Part shown: piece after piece, positions 6,988-16,015 of the stretch | Position numbering within the stretch: position 1 is the first letter of the stretch | Layout of the letters: every line of letters starts with the position of its first letter | Source: Clostridia bacterium | GTDB taxonomy: Bacteria; Bacillota; Clostridia; CAKSNL01; HGM11501 | Length of the DNA: 23,671 nucleotides | Direction: 5' to 3' | Assembly (NCBI GenBank): GCA_045545475.1 | Contig: JAZQAZ010000006.1 | Location: 1 to 23,671, forward strand | Position numbers and translations under genes: made by a program | The notes under the pieces: model-generated | What the model was told of the DNA's origin: nothing | Seen by the model: the letters and a program-made list of their open reading frames with translations, nothing else | Database searches by the model: none

Positions 6988-8339
6988 TGCCAGATATCCT
7001 CCTTAAGTATGTCCTTTACCGTCCTTGCACCAATAAGTTTTATCTTTACGTCTTTAAGACCGGAAAGGCTTCCTTCCGGAACTACACAGGTTTTAAATCC
7101 CAATCTTTCAGCCTCTCCCACTCGTCTCAATATTCCAGGGACGCTACGTACCTCTCCGGACAATCCTACTTCACCAAGAAATACTGTGGCAGGATCAATC
7201 GTCTTATTTTTGAGACTTGAAATTATGGCTGAAATTATGGCTAAATCCGCCGCAGTTTCATCCACCTTAAGTCCGCCAACCACATTTAAGTAAGCATCCT
7301 GATTCTGCATTGTAAGTCCCAGCTTTTTTTCAATTATTGCAATAAGCATAACAACTCTCGAAAAATCCACACCCTCCGCTGCACGGCGGGGCATGCCGAA
7401 ACCTGTTGGGGATGTAAGTGCCTGAATCTCCGCTAAAATTGGCCTTGTACCTTCCATAAGACATGTAACAGAAGAACCCGATGCGTTAAGAGGTCTACCG
7501 GAAAGAAGTGCCGCAGAAGGATTATCCACCGAAACAAGTCCCTCTCCCGTCATTTCGAAAACTCCCACCTCGTTGGTTGATCCGAAACGGTTTTTAACAC
7601 CTCTTAAAATTCTGTAGCTCTGATTTCTGTCGCCTTCAAAATATAGCACCGCATCAACCATGTGTTCAAGCATCCTCGGCCCTGCAATATTACCGTCCTT
7701 GGTAACGTGACCTACAATGAAAAAGGCACAGCCTGATTCTTTCGCCTTTCGCATTATTTTCATCGTCACGTCTCTTATCTGTCCTACGCTTCCTCCGCTC
7801 GAATCAACAGATTCAGAAAACATGGTCTGCACGGAGTCAATTATGCAAACATCGCACGCTGTTTCGTCCACAAATGAGAGAGCCTTGTCAATATCCGTTT
7901 CGGGAAGAATTAACAAATCATCTCCTGTAACAGAAAGCCTATCTGCTCTCATTTTCAGCTGCATTTCAGACTCTTCTCCCGATACATAGAGAATTTTTCC
8001 TTTTTGAGATACATTCTGACAAACCTGCATTAAAAGAGTGGATTTTCCAATTCCCGGCTCTCCGCCCACTAAAACAAGACTTCCCTTTACAAGACCGCCC
8101 CCAAGCACTCTGTCAAGCTCTGTAATATCCATGGTTATACGCTCGGACATATCTGTTTTTATCTCTTTGAGAGTCATTGGGCGTACGGAAGTTTCTCTAC
8201 TTAAAGAAGTTTTCTTTTCTTCCTTAAATATCTTCTGTTCCTTCATTGTATTCCATTCTCCGCAGGACGGACACTTTCCGAGAAACTTTACTGTTTCATA
8301 TCCGCACTCGCTGCAACAAAAAACTGTTTTACTTTTCAT
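6984..8339 (-). CDS. radA: DNA repair protein RadA/Sms
   Basis: C4 zinc finger CSECG...CPSCG, GEPGIGKSTL, KNRFG motif, Lon-like C-terminus. Start set at ATG 8339 behind AAGGAG. Confidence 0.97.
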   Translation of the reverse strand: MKSKTVFCCSECGYETVKFLGKCPSCGEWNTMKEQKIFKEEKKTSLSRETSVRPMTLKEIKTDMSERITMDITELDRVLGGGLVKGSLVLVGGEPGIGKSTLLMQVCQNVSQKGKILYVSGEESEMQLKMRADRLSVTGDDLLILPETDIDKALSFVDETACDVCIIDSVQTMFSESVDSSGGSVGQIRDVTMKIMRKAKESGCAFFIVGHVTKDGNIAGPRMLEHMVDAVLYFEGDRNQSYRILRGVKNRFGSTNEVGVFEMTGEGLVSVDNPSAALLSGRPLNASGSSVTCLMEGTRPILAEIQALTSPTGFGMPRRAAEGVDFSRVVMLIAIIEKKLGLTMQNQDAYLNVVGGLKVDETAADLAIISAIISSLKNKTIDPATVFLGEVGLSGEVRSVPGILRRVGEAERLGFKTCVVPEGSLSGLKDVKIKLIGARTVKDILKEDIWQ

Positions 8340-9051
8340 TGGTATCTCCTTTAAAATAGTCATCGATTCCGCAGGCTATAGCCTCCGCCATTTTTTCCTG
8401 ATATTCATCACCTGTAAGCAGAGCTTCATTTTCAGCATTTGACAAAAAGCCGCATTCCACAAGGCAAGCAGGTATATTTGCCTTTTTCATAAGATAAACA
8501 CTTTCAGGAGCCTCTTTAAGTATACGGTCGTTTTTTTCATAAAGCGGAACAATACGCTCCCTGATAGCCATAGCTAAATCTGGTGACTTTTCGTTATTTT
8601 TAGAATAAAAAACCTGTGCCCCCGAAACAGAACTGTCAGAAAAAGAATTCATATGTATACTTATAAATGCATCTGCTTTTGAGCCGTTCAATATTTTTTC
8701 CCGGTTATGCATATCCGAAAGCTTTTTTTCCCGTATGCTGTCTCCTTCTGAATATATTCCGGTTTCTGTTTCCCTGGTCATAATTACATTATAGCACTTT
8801 TCTTCAAGCATTGCACTAAGTTTTTTGGAAATTTTTAAATTAATTTCGCTTTCGGATGTTCCTTTAATCCCTGTTGCTCCGCCGTCAGGCTCTCCATGTC
8901 CTGCATCTATAATAACAGTATGGCTGTATTTCCCGGAAAAGGCAGGCCGTATTGCCTTTTTGTAAAGCGTTACTGTAAGATAAATTACCACTAAAGTCAT
9001 TACGATTAAAATTATTGTTGCCCTCTTTATATATATAACCAAATAAATCAC
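8329..9051 (-). CDS. N-acetylmuramoyl-L-alanine amidase (Amidase_3, CwlD-like)
   Basis: N-terminal TM helix, IIDAGHG, ISIHMNS, LVECGFLSN. Start codon (GTG) uncertain. Confidence 0.9.
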   Translation of the reverse strand: MIYLVIYIKRATIILIVMTLVVIYLTVTLYKKAIRPAFSGKYSHTVIIDAGHGEPDGGATGIKGTSESEINLKISKKLSAMLEEKCYNVIMTRETETGIYSEGDSIREKKLSDMHNREKILNGSKADAFISIHMNSFSDSSVSGAQVFYSKNNEKSPDLAMAIRERIVPLYEKNDRILKEAPESVYLMKKANIPACLVECGFLSNAENEALLTGDEYQEKMAEAIACGIDDYFKGDTNEK

Positions 9052-9080
9052 CCCATATATACATATTAAAAGGACATAGC

Positions 9081-9107
9081 AAAAATACCGCCCGGTGGGC
9101 GGTATTT
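9081..9107 (-). terminator. Intrinsic terminator after typA
   Basis: Minus strand AAATACCGCCC-ACC-GGGCGGTATTTTT. Confidence 0.8.
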
Positions 9108-9113
9108 CATATC

Positions 9114-10958
9114 TTATTTATTCTCAGCCTGCATCTTAAGACGCATCTGATGATCTGCCTTTGCTCTTAAATCAGCACTTAAAATCTTCTTTCTTAAGCG
9201 AAGGCTTTCCGGTGTTACCTCAAGAAGTTCATCTGCTGTGATGAATTCCAGGCACTGCTCAAGACTCATATCACGGGGAGGAGTAAGCTTTAACGCATCG
9301 TCAGATCCCGATGCACGGGTATTTGTAATGTGTTTTTTCTTACATACATTTACAACTACATCTTCAAGTCGGCAGTTTTCCCCGACAATCATACCTTCAT
9401 AAACTTTATCTCCGGGGTTTATGAAAAGAGTTCCTCTTTCCTGTGCATTAAAAAGACCGTATGTTACAGCATCTCCTGCTTCAAAAGCAATGAGAGAGCC
9501 GCGGCTTCTCTCGGGAATATCGCCCTTGTAAGGCTCATAATCAGAAAGCATATGGTTAATTACAACTGTTCCCTTGGTTGCCGTTAAGAGCTCACTTCTG
9601 TAGCCTATAAGTCCACGGGAGGGAATTGTAAATTCAAGCCTTGTATATCCTCCTGTTATGGGAATCATATTGGTCATTTCTGCCTTTCTCTTTGCGGCAC
9701 TTTCAATAACCGTTCCGGAATATTCATCAGGAACGTCGATAACCAGATCCTCAATAGGCTCAAGCTTTTCTCCTGCCTCGGAGTATTTATAAATAACCTC
9801 AGGGCGGGATACCTGGAATTCATATCCCTGACGACGCATGTTTTCAATCAATACAGATAAGTGAAGTTCTCCTCTTCCCGATACCACGAAGGAATCCGCC
9901 GTATCGGTATCTTCAACCTTTAAGCTGATGTTGCTTTCCAGCTCTTTATAAAGTCTCTCACGAAGATGTCGGCTGGTTACAAAATCGCCTTCACGTCCTG
10001 CAAAAGGACTGTTGTTTATTGAAAATGTCATAGACATAACAGGCTGGTCAATTTCAACGAAGGGCAACGGCTCAATGTTTGAAGGATCGCAAAGTGTTTC
10101 CCCAATTTCAATATCGGGCATTCCCGAGATGCATACAACCTCGCCTGCAGACGCCTCATTTACCGCCTGACGCTTAAGGCCTTCATAGGTGTAAATTGCG
10201 GCAGCCTTACCGGTTTTTATCTTTCCTTCACGGGTTGAAACAGCGATGGGGCTGTTTAACTTTATTGTTCCCCGCTCAATAGTTCCAACGGCAATTCTTC
10301 CGGTATATTCATCAAAATCAATATTAGAAACCAGCATCTGGAAAGGCTTATCGCTTTCTCCGTTGGGATGAGGAACATGCTTTATTATAAGGTCGAACAA
10401 GGGGGACATATCTCCCGACTTTGTTTCGGGATCCATATTTGCCCAGCCATCTCTTCCCGATGCATAAATCACCGGAGAGTCAAGCTGTTCTTCGGTTGCG
10501 TCAAGATCCAGGAAAAGCTCCAGAACTTCATCAACAACCTCGTATGGTCTTGCATTGGGACGGTCAACCTTATTTACAACGATAATGGGAACAAGATTTA
10601 ACGCCAAAGCTTTTTTAAGTACGAATCTGGTCTGGGGCATGCAACCTTCAAATGCATCAACAAGTAAAAGTACTCCGTCAACCATTTCAAGAGCACGCTC
10701 AACCTCTCCGCCAAAATCCGCATGGCCGGGGGTATCAACGATATTTATTTTATAATCCTTGTAATTTAACGATGTATTTTTTGCAAGGATAGTTATTCCT
10801 CTTTCCTTTTCCAGGTCATTGGAGTCCATAACACGTTCTTCCACCTGCTCGTTCTGACGGAAAGTTCCGCTCTGGCGGAGCATTGCGTCAACCAATGTTG
10901 TCTTTCCGTGGTCAACGTGAGCTATAATTGCAACATTTCTTATGTTTTTTGTATCCAT
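9114..10958 (-). CDS. typA: Translational GTPase TypA/BipA
   Basis: IAHVDHGKTTLVD, ERGITILAKN, DTPGHADFGGEVER, GRGELHL, EVTPESLRLRKK. Confidence 0.98.
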   Translation of the reverse strand: MDTKNIRNVAIIAHVDHGKTTLVDAMLRQSGTFRQNEQVEERVMDSNDLEKERGITILAKNTSLNYKDYKINIVDTPGHADFGGEVERALEMVDGVLLLVDAFEGCMPQTRFVLKKALALNLVPIIVVNKVDRPNARPYEVVDEVLELFLDLDATEEQLDSPVIYASGRDGWANMDPETKSGDMSPLFDLIIKHVPHPNGESDKPFQMLVSNIDFDEYTGRIAVGTIERGTIKLNSPIAVSTREGKIKTGKAAAIYTYEGLKRQAVNEASAGEVVCISGMPDIEIGETLCDPSNIEPLPFVEIDQPVMSMTFSINNSPFAGREGDFVTSRHLRERLYKELESNISLKVEDTDTADSFVVSGRGELHLSVLIENMRRQGYEFQVSRPEVIYKYSEAGEKLEPIEDLVIDVPDEYSGTVIESAAKRKAEMTNMIPITGGYTRLEFTIPSRGLIGYRSELLTATKGTVVINHMLSDYEPYKGDIPERSRGSLIAFEAGDAVTYGLFNAQERGTLFINPGDKVYEGMIVGENCRLEDVVVNVCKKKHITNTRASGSDDALKLTPPRDMSLEQCLEFITADELLEVTPESLRLRKKILSADLRAKADHQMRLKMQAENK

Positions 10959-11004
10959 AAAATCTTCCTCTCAGATTTTCTTCTGTCTTCTAATCAACCT
11001 TATT

Positions 11005-11033
11005 ATTTTACAAAAAAAACGCCCGTTTGTCAA
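11005..11033 (-). promoter_or_regulatory. Sigma-A promoter of typA
   Basis: TTGACA (11033-11028), 17-nt spacer, TAAAAT (11010-11005). Confidence 0.75.
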
Positions 11034-11048
11034 GACAAAAGGACGTTT
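11012..11048 (-). terminator. Terminator of the scfB-decarboxylase transcript, overlapping the typA -35 box
   Basis: Minus strand AAACGTCCTTTTGTC-TT-GACAAACGGGCGTTTTTTTT. Confidence 0.65.
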
Positions 11049-11059
11049 ATTATTAAGTT

Positions 11060-12391
11060 TTAATCGCTAACTGTTTTTATTTCGTCAATACCATAGTACA
11101 AAAGTGCTTCTATGACTTCTTCTGTTATTACCTCTCCACTTACTACAATGGGCACTGCAGGCGGACACGACACGGTAACAGAAGCACATATTTTCCCTTT
11201 GGCAAGCCGTGTTTCCGTTACTTCACTCTTTGCAAAAAAGGCCTCTCGTGCAGATATTTTTCGCACAGGATACGGAAGATGAGTAAAGCTTCTTTTAATT
11301 TCGCTTTTTGCATTTATCTCACAGAAAAACTTTTTCAATCTCCTAAAATCCCGGGTGGTATTTTGGGGAGAAATCATTAAAACAAGATAGTCATCATCAG
11401 AAAATTCCGCTTCCATTTTTGCTTTTCGCATCATTTTTGCAAGTTCAATCCCGGTGTATCCAGATTTTGCGGCATTTATCACAATTTTAAGAGGTTCGCT
11501 TTCCAATAGAACAAAACCTTTTTTCACAATTAAGGCTTTAACTTCTTTAATTTTTGCTATGCAGTCAGAAAGTTCCCTCCCGAAATTTCTCTTAATATAT
11601 AAATTGCACATATCAAGGGATTTCATTGTGAGATAAGACGGACTCGTGGAGGAGAAAAGAGCAATTTTTTCTCTTGCCGTTCCAATAAAGTCTTCCGCTC
11701 TTTTTGTAATATGAAGATATGCACCTCCTGTTAAAACAGGGAGCGTTTTATGTGCCGAATCACAGCAGATGTCTGCACCTTTATCAATAGGATGCATGCT
11801 TCCCTTCAAAAACTTAAGATATGCACCGTGGGCATTATCCACTAAAAGCGGAACATTATACTTATGACACACCTTCGAAATTTCTTCTATATCCCCTATT
11901 TGTCCCAGATAGTCAGGGGACGTTAAATAAACTGCGGAATATTTTCCTTCTGATGATGAAAGTGTAGCTTCCACATCAAAAGCCGTTATATCGCAGCTCA
12001 AAACACCATTTGCCGTTTTCGTCATAATCCAGTCTGCTTCAATGTCTAAAAGTGCAAGGGCATGTACAAAAGCTTTATGTACATTTCTTGCCGCAAGAAC
12101 ATACGTCTTTTCCCTCTCCGGCTTTTTAATCATCGAAAGCATTGCACATATTGCCGTACTTGAACCCTGGGTTATGTAAAAGCTTTTCCCGCTTCCGTAA
12201 AGAGCGGTTAAATTTTTCTCGCTTTCTTCAATGATTCCTTTTGCCGTACTTAATACATCCGCCCCGTCAATTTCGGTAATGTCGTATTTTTCAATTCCCA
12301 GCGGTCCTTTTCCTTTATGTCCAGGCATATGAAATCTCGATGTTCCGCTTTTTGCATAACGCTCTATAAAATCCGAAACAGGCGTTTTCAT
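11060..12391 (-). CDS. PLP-dependent Orn/Lys/Arg decarboxylase family protein
   Basis: RFHMPGHKG, DITEIDGAD, RNVHKA, VDNAHGA, PLP lysine in DSAHKTLP, STSPSY, CPPAVPIV. Substrate not determinable. Confidence 0.9.
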   Translation of the reverse strand: MKTPVSDFIERYAKSGTSRFHMPGHKGKGPLGIEKYDITEIDGADVLSTAKGIIEESEKNLTALYGSGKSFYITQGSSTAICAMLSMIKKPEREKTYVLAARNVHKAFVHALALLDIEADWIMTKTANGVLSCDITAFDVEATLSSSEGKYSAVYLTSPDYLGQIGDIEEISKVCHKYNVPLLVDNAHGAYLKFLKGSMHPIDKGADICCDSAHKTLPVLTGGAYLHITKRAEDFIGTAREKIALFSSTSPSYLTMKSLDMCNLYIKRNFGRELSDCIAKIKEVKALIVKKGFVLLESEPLKIVINAAKSGYTGIELAKMMRKAKMEAEFSDDDYLVLMISPQNTTRDFRRLKKFFCEINAKSEIKRSFTHLPYPVRKISAREAFFAKSEVTETRLAKGKICASVTVSCPPAVPIVVSGEVITEEVIEALLYYGIDEIKTVSD

Positions 12392-13761
12392 GCTTCTTCC
12401 TCAGCAACGCTCATCATAACGGCACATTCAATTCTCTTCTTGAAAAGCTCGCATCCGTATTCGTAAATTCCCGAAATACTTCCGCTTGCATGGTAAGAGT
12501 TTGCCGCACAGCCACCTGAGCAATACATTCTTGCCCAGCATTCCTTACATTCAGGACGTGCATAGGCGTTGCACTTTCTGAATTCGTCCTGCACTGCTTC
12601 GTTTTTAACGCCGTCCCATATATTTCCGAGACTGTACTTTTCGTCTCCCACAAACTGATGGCAAGGGAAAAGTTCGCCCCACGGGGTAACAGCCATATAC
12701 TCCGTTCCGGAACCGCAGCCTGTTATTCTCTTGTATATACAAGGGCCGTTTTTAAGGTCGAGCATATAGTGATAGAAGGTAAAGGGACGTCCTTCCCTCT
12801 TTCTTTTTATCATTTCCTTTGCAAGAATTTCATACTGCTCCATAAGTATAGGCAAATCTTCTTTTGTAAGAGCATAAGGATCACCCGGGGGACACACAAC
12901 AGGCTCCATACTCAGCTCTGTAAAGCCCATATCAGCCATATGTAAAATGTCCTTTGTAAAGTCGGTGTTGTTGTGGGTAAAGGTTCCTCGCATATAATAG
13001 TCCTTGCCACCACGCTTTTCCACAAACTCTTTAAATTTAGGAAGTATAACATCATAGCTTCCTTTGCCGTTATAATCCTTTCTGAAATGGTCGTGAACTT
13101 CCTTTCGGCCGTCAAGACTCAAAACCACGTTATTCATTTCCTTATTTAAGAAATCCATCTTTTCTTCGTCAAGCAGAACACCGTTGGTGGTGAGAGTGAA
13201 ACGGAAGTTTTTATTGTGCTTTTTTTCAATGCTTCTTGCATACTCAACAAGCTTTACAACCACATCCCAGTTCATCAAGGGTTCTCCGCCGAAAAAGTCA
13301 ACCTCAAGATTCCTTCTGCTTCCCGAATTTTCAATCAAGAAATCAAAGGCACGCTTTCCCACTTCAAAACTCATTAAAGCACGCTCGCCCTGGTATTTAC
13401 CCTGACTTGCAAAGCAGTAGGAGCAATTTAAGTTACAGCTGTGGGCAATGTGAAGGCAAAGTGCTTTTATTACCTTTGAGTTGCTCTTGTATTCCTCTGC
13501 TAATTTTTCATACTTGTCAACGCTGAAAAGCTTGCCTGTTTCTTCAAGCTCCTTTATGTCTACGATGCACTCTTTTATTTCTTCTTCCGTTACATCTGGA
13601 AGGTCTTTATATTTACAGAGAATCTCCTTAACGATTTCCTCTTCTGTTTTTTCTTTGTACATAGCTATAATGTCGTATGCAACCTCATCAACAACGTGAA
13701 CAGAGCCGCTTGGTGTATCAAGCACAATATTATAGCCGTTTAATTTATACTGATGAACCAT
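12388..13761 (-). CDS. scfB: Thioether cross-link-forming SCIFF (ranthipeptide) radical SAM/SPASM maturase
   Basis: N-terminal RRE-like region, CxxxCxxC (CNLNCSYC), FFGGEPL, SPASM cysteines (CGSG...PCHQF...CKECWARMYCSGGCAA...C). Adjacent to the SCIFF precursor. Confidence 0.95.
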   Translation of the reverse strand: MVHQYKLNGYNIVLDTPSGSVHVVDEVAYDIIAMYKEKTEEEIVKEILCKYKDLPDVTEEEIKECIVDIKELEETGKLFSVDKYEKLAEEYKSNSKVIKALCLHIAHSCNLNCSYCFASQGKYQGERALMSFEVGKRAFDFLIENSGSRRNLEVDFFGGEPLMNWDVVVKLVEYARSIEKKHNKNFRFTLTTNGVLLDEEKMDFLNKEMNNVVLSLDGRKEVHDHFRKDYNGKGSYDVILPKFKEFVEKRGGKDYYMRGTFTHNNTDFTKDILHMADMGFTELSMEPVVCPPGDPYALTKEDLPILMEQYEILAKEMIKRKREGRPFTFYHYMLDLKNGPCIYKRITGCGSGTEYMAVTPWGELFPCHQFVGDEKYSLGNIWDGVKNEAVQDEFRKCNAYARPECKECWARMYCSGGCAANSYHASGSISGIYEYGCELFKKRIECAVMMSVAEEEA

Positions 13762-13815
13762 TTTATCAAATCCTTTATAAGCATTGTGGGGGTCGACTCC
13801 CCTCGGCTTAAACTT

Positions 13816-13841
13816 AAAAACCGCTGCCGTGCAGCGGTTTT
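13816..13841 (-). terminator. Terminator-like hairpin between scfA and scfB
   Basis: Minus strand AAAACCGCTGC-ACG-GCAGCGGTTTTT. Confidence 0.7.
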
Positions 13842-13851
13842 ATTAAGCATT

Positions 13852-13998
13852 TTATTTTTCGATGTTTTCGCACTTCTGATTTGCTACACCGCAAGATGTT
13901 TTGCAAGCTGACTGGCAAGAAGTCTGGCATTCGCCGCATCCGCCGTTTTTAACTGAAGTTTCAATATTTCTTGTTTCAACTGTCTTAATTCTTTTCAT
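13852..13998 (-). CDS. scfA: SCIFF six-cysteine ranthipeptide precursor, 48 aa (not in ORF track)
   Basis: Manual translation MKRIKTVETRNIETSVKNGGCGECQTSCQSACKTSCGVANQKCENIEK. AGGAGG RBS. Confidence 0.97.
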   Translation of the reverse strand: MKRIKTVETRNIETSVKNGGCGECQTSCQSACKTSCGVANQKCENIEK

Positions 13999-14051
13999 TG
14001 TATAAGCCTCCTATTATTGTTCCGCTTTTGCCTTGCAAAAGCTTTTTTCAT

Positions 14052-14080
14052 ATTATACCATTTCACAAATAAAAAGTCAA
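14052..14080 (-). promoter_or_regulatory. Sigma-A promoter of scfA
   Basis: TTGACT (14080-14075), 17-nt spacer, extended -10 TGGTATAAT. Confidence 0.8.
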
Positions 14081-14134
14081 GGCTTAATTAACATTAATAA
14101 GAGAAGAAAAAAGATTTTTTATATATCTTTTTTA

Positions 14135-14163
14135 TTGACTAAATCACTTTTTTGGTATAAAAT
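14135..14163 (+). promoter_or_regulatory. Sigma-A promoter of asnA (divergent from scfA)
   Basis: TTGACT (14135-14140), 17-nt spacer, TAAAAT (14158-14163). Confidence 0.7.
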
Positions 14164-14196
14164 AGATTCATTAAGGTTTTTGAAAGGATGACTGTT

Positions 14197-15204
14197 ATGA
14201 ACAAAACCTACATCCCCGAAGGATACCGCCCGCTTCTTGACAAGTATGACACACAGCTGGCGATTTCCTACATAAAAAAAACATTCCAATCGGAGTTTGC
14301 TTCCGCACTTAACTTAAAAAGAGTTTCCGCTCCCCTCTTCGTAACAGAAGGAAGCGGTCTTAACGATAACCTCTCGGGCATTGAGCGTCCGGTATCCTTT
14401 GACATTCCTGCAGCAGGAGTTGATGCTCAGATTGTTCACTCCCTTGCAAAGTGGAAGCGACTTGCATTGAAGCGTTATGGCTTCAGGGTTGGTGAGGGCT
14501 TATACACCGACATGAACGCAATCCGCCGTGACGAAGAACTTGACAACCTTCACTCCATTTACGTTGACCAGTGGGACTGGGAAAAGATAATCACCGAGGA
14601 GACAAGAACCATCGACTATTTAAAGCTTATGGTTACAGCAATAGTAAATGCCATCTGCAACACCAATGAACGACTTCACGCACACTTCCCCCAGCTCATC
14701 AATTCTCTTTCCAGAGACGTTGCCTTTGTCACAACCCAGGAGCTTGAGGACATGTATCCTTATTATACCGCTTCAGAAAGAGAAAACGCCTTTGTTAAGG
14801 AACACAGAACTGCCTTCATTATGCAGATTGGCGGAGCACTTAAGAGCGGAAAACCCCACGATAACAGAGCACCCGACTATGATGACTGGTCGTTAAACGG
14901 AGATATTTTCTTCTGGAACGATACATTAAACCGTGCGGTTGAAATTTCCTCCATGGGGATAAGAGTAAATCCCGAGGTACTTGACCGCCAGCTTACAATT
15001 TCAGGCCATGATGAGAGAAGAAGCCTTACCTTCCACAAGATGTTACTCAAAGGAGAGCTTCCCTTAACCGTCGGCGGAGGTATCGGCCAGTCCAGGCTTT
15101 GTATGCTTATGATGAACTGTGCCCACATCGGCGAGGTTCAGTCAAGCATATGGGATGAGGACACTTTAAAAATCTGTGAGGAAGCAGGAGTTCCTATTTT
15201 ATAA
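14197..15204 (+). CDS. asnA: Aspartate--ammonia ligase (asparagine synthetase A)
   Basis: SGLNDNLSGIERPV, VHSLAKWKR, HSIYVDQWDWEK, RAPDYDDW, GGGIGQSR, HIGEVQ. ATG 14197 fits the GAAAGGA RBS better than 14188. Confidence 0.97.
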   Translation: MNKTYIPEGYRPLLDKYDTQLAISYIKKTFQSEFASALNLKRVSAPLFVTEGSGLNDNLSGIERPVSFDIPAAGVDAQIVHSLAKWKRLALKRYGFRVGEGLYTDMNAIRRDEELDNLHSIYVDQWDWEKIITEETRTIDYLKLMVTAIVNAICNTNERLHAHFPQLINSLSRDVAFVTTQELEDMYPYYTASERENAFVKEHRTAFIMQIGGALKSGKPHDNRAPDYDDWSLNGDIFFWNDTLNRAVEISSMGIRVNPEVLDRQLTISGHDERRSLTFHKMLLKGELPLTVGGGIGQSRLCMLMMNCAHIGEVQSSIWDEDTLKICEEAGVPIL

Positions 15205-15206
15205 TA

Positions 15207-15291
15207 ATAACTGCCACCGGGTAGTAAATGCAAAAAGCATTTGTTATGTAGCGTTAGGTCTTTGAAGCTACATGCAAATGCTTTATTTTTT
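15207..15291 (+). ncRNA. Guanidine-IV (mepA/GGAM-1 motif) riboswitch
   Basis: Small hairpin ACTGCC-ACCG-GGTAGT (15210-15225). Long terminator stem AAGCATTTG.TATGTAGC / GCTACAT.GCAAATGCTT with TAGGTC in its loop (15255-15260; GGT complementary to the ACC loop), then a U tract. Alternative helix AAATGC/GCATTT. Upstream of a pnuC-like gene, a known association for this class. Recognised from memory of the consensus. Confidence 0.82.
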
Positions 15292-15301
15292 GGAGGTATA
15301 C

Positions 15302-15988
15302 ATGATTAAGAAACTAAAATGTTATTTTACAAAATCTGAAGCTTTGCTCTGGGCTGTGTCCGCCTTTTTTATCACGTTTTCATTTATCATATTCGACAGA
15401 GAAAATTTTCTTACATTAATCGCATCTTTAATCGGTATAACATCCCTTATATTTGCTTCAAAAGGAAACCCCGTAAGTCAGATTTTAATGATTGTATTTT
15501 CCCTTCTTTACGGCTACATTTCTCTGGGCTTTGCCTACTATGGAGAAATGATAACCTACCTTGGAATGACGCTTCCTATGGCTGTTATTTCCCTTATCCA
15601 GTGGCTAAAAAATCCTTTCAAAGGAAAAAAGAGCGAAGTAAGTGTAAAAAGTGCAGGCAAAAAAGAGATAATTATAATGCTTGTCCTAACAGGTATGGTT
15701 ACATTTATTTTCTACTTTATATTAAAGATACTGAAAACATCTAACCTTCCGATAAGTACATTATCCGTGGCAACCAGCTTTTCGGCGGCTTACTTGACGG
15801 CCTTAAGAAGTCCTTACTTCGCCTTGGTTTATGCGATGAATGACCTTGTTTTAATTGTTCTCTGGACATATGCTTCGTTTTCCGATATATCATACCTTTC
15901 CGTTGTAATATGCTTTTTAATGTTTATGATAAATGATTCCTACTGCTTCATAAGCTGGAGGAAAATGCAAAAAAGGCAAATGCGTTAA
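15302..15988 (+). CDS. PnuC-like membrane transporter
   Basis: Multiple TM helices with ASLIGITSLIFASKGNP, YYGEMITYLGMT and RSPYFALVYAMNDLVLIVLW. True start ATG 15302 behind GGAGG. Confidence 0.85.
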   Translation: MIKKLKCYFTKSEALLWAVSAFFITFSFIIFDRENFLTLIASLIGITSLIFASKGNPVSQILMIVFSLLYGYISLGFAYYGEMITYLGMTLPMAVISLIQWLKNPFKGKKSEVSVKSAGKKEIIIMLVLTGMVTFIFYFILKILKTSNLPISTLSVATSFSAAYLTALRSPYFALVYAMNDLVLIVLWTYASFSDISYLSVVICFLMFMINDSYCFISWRKMQKRQMR

Positions 15989-16002
15989 GCATTTGCCTTT
16001 TT
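15969..16002. terminator. Bidirectional terminator
   Basis: AAAAAGGCAAATGC / GCATTTGCCTTTTT between convergent genes. Confidence 0.8.
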
Positions 16003-16015
16003 ACAATTTTTATTA

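Noticed and set aside
15207-15291. NAD+-II, ZTP or TPP riboswitch upstream of the pnuC-like gene
   Set aside because: Their cores are absent. The ACCG hairpin plus TAGGTC-loop terminator fits guanidine-IV better.
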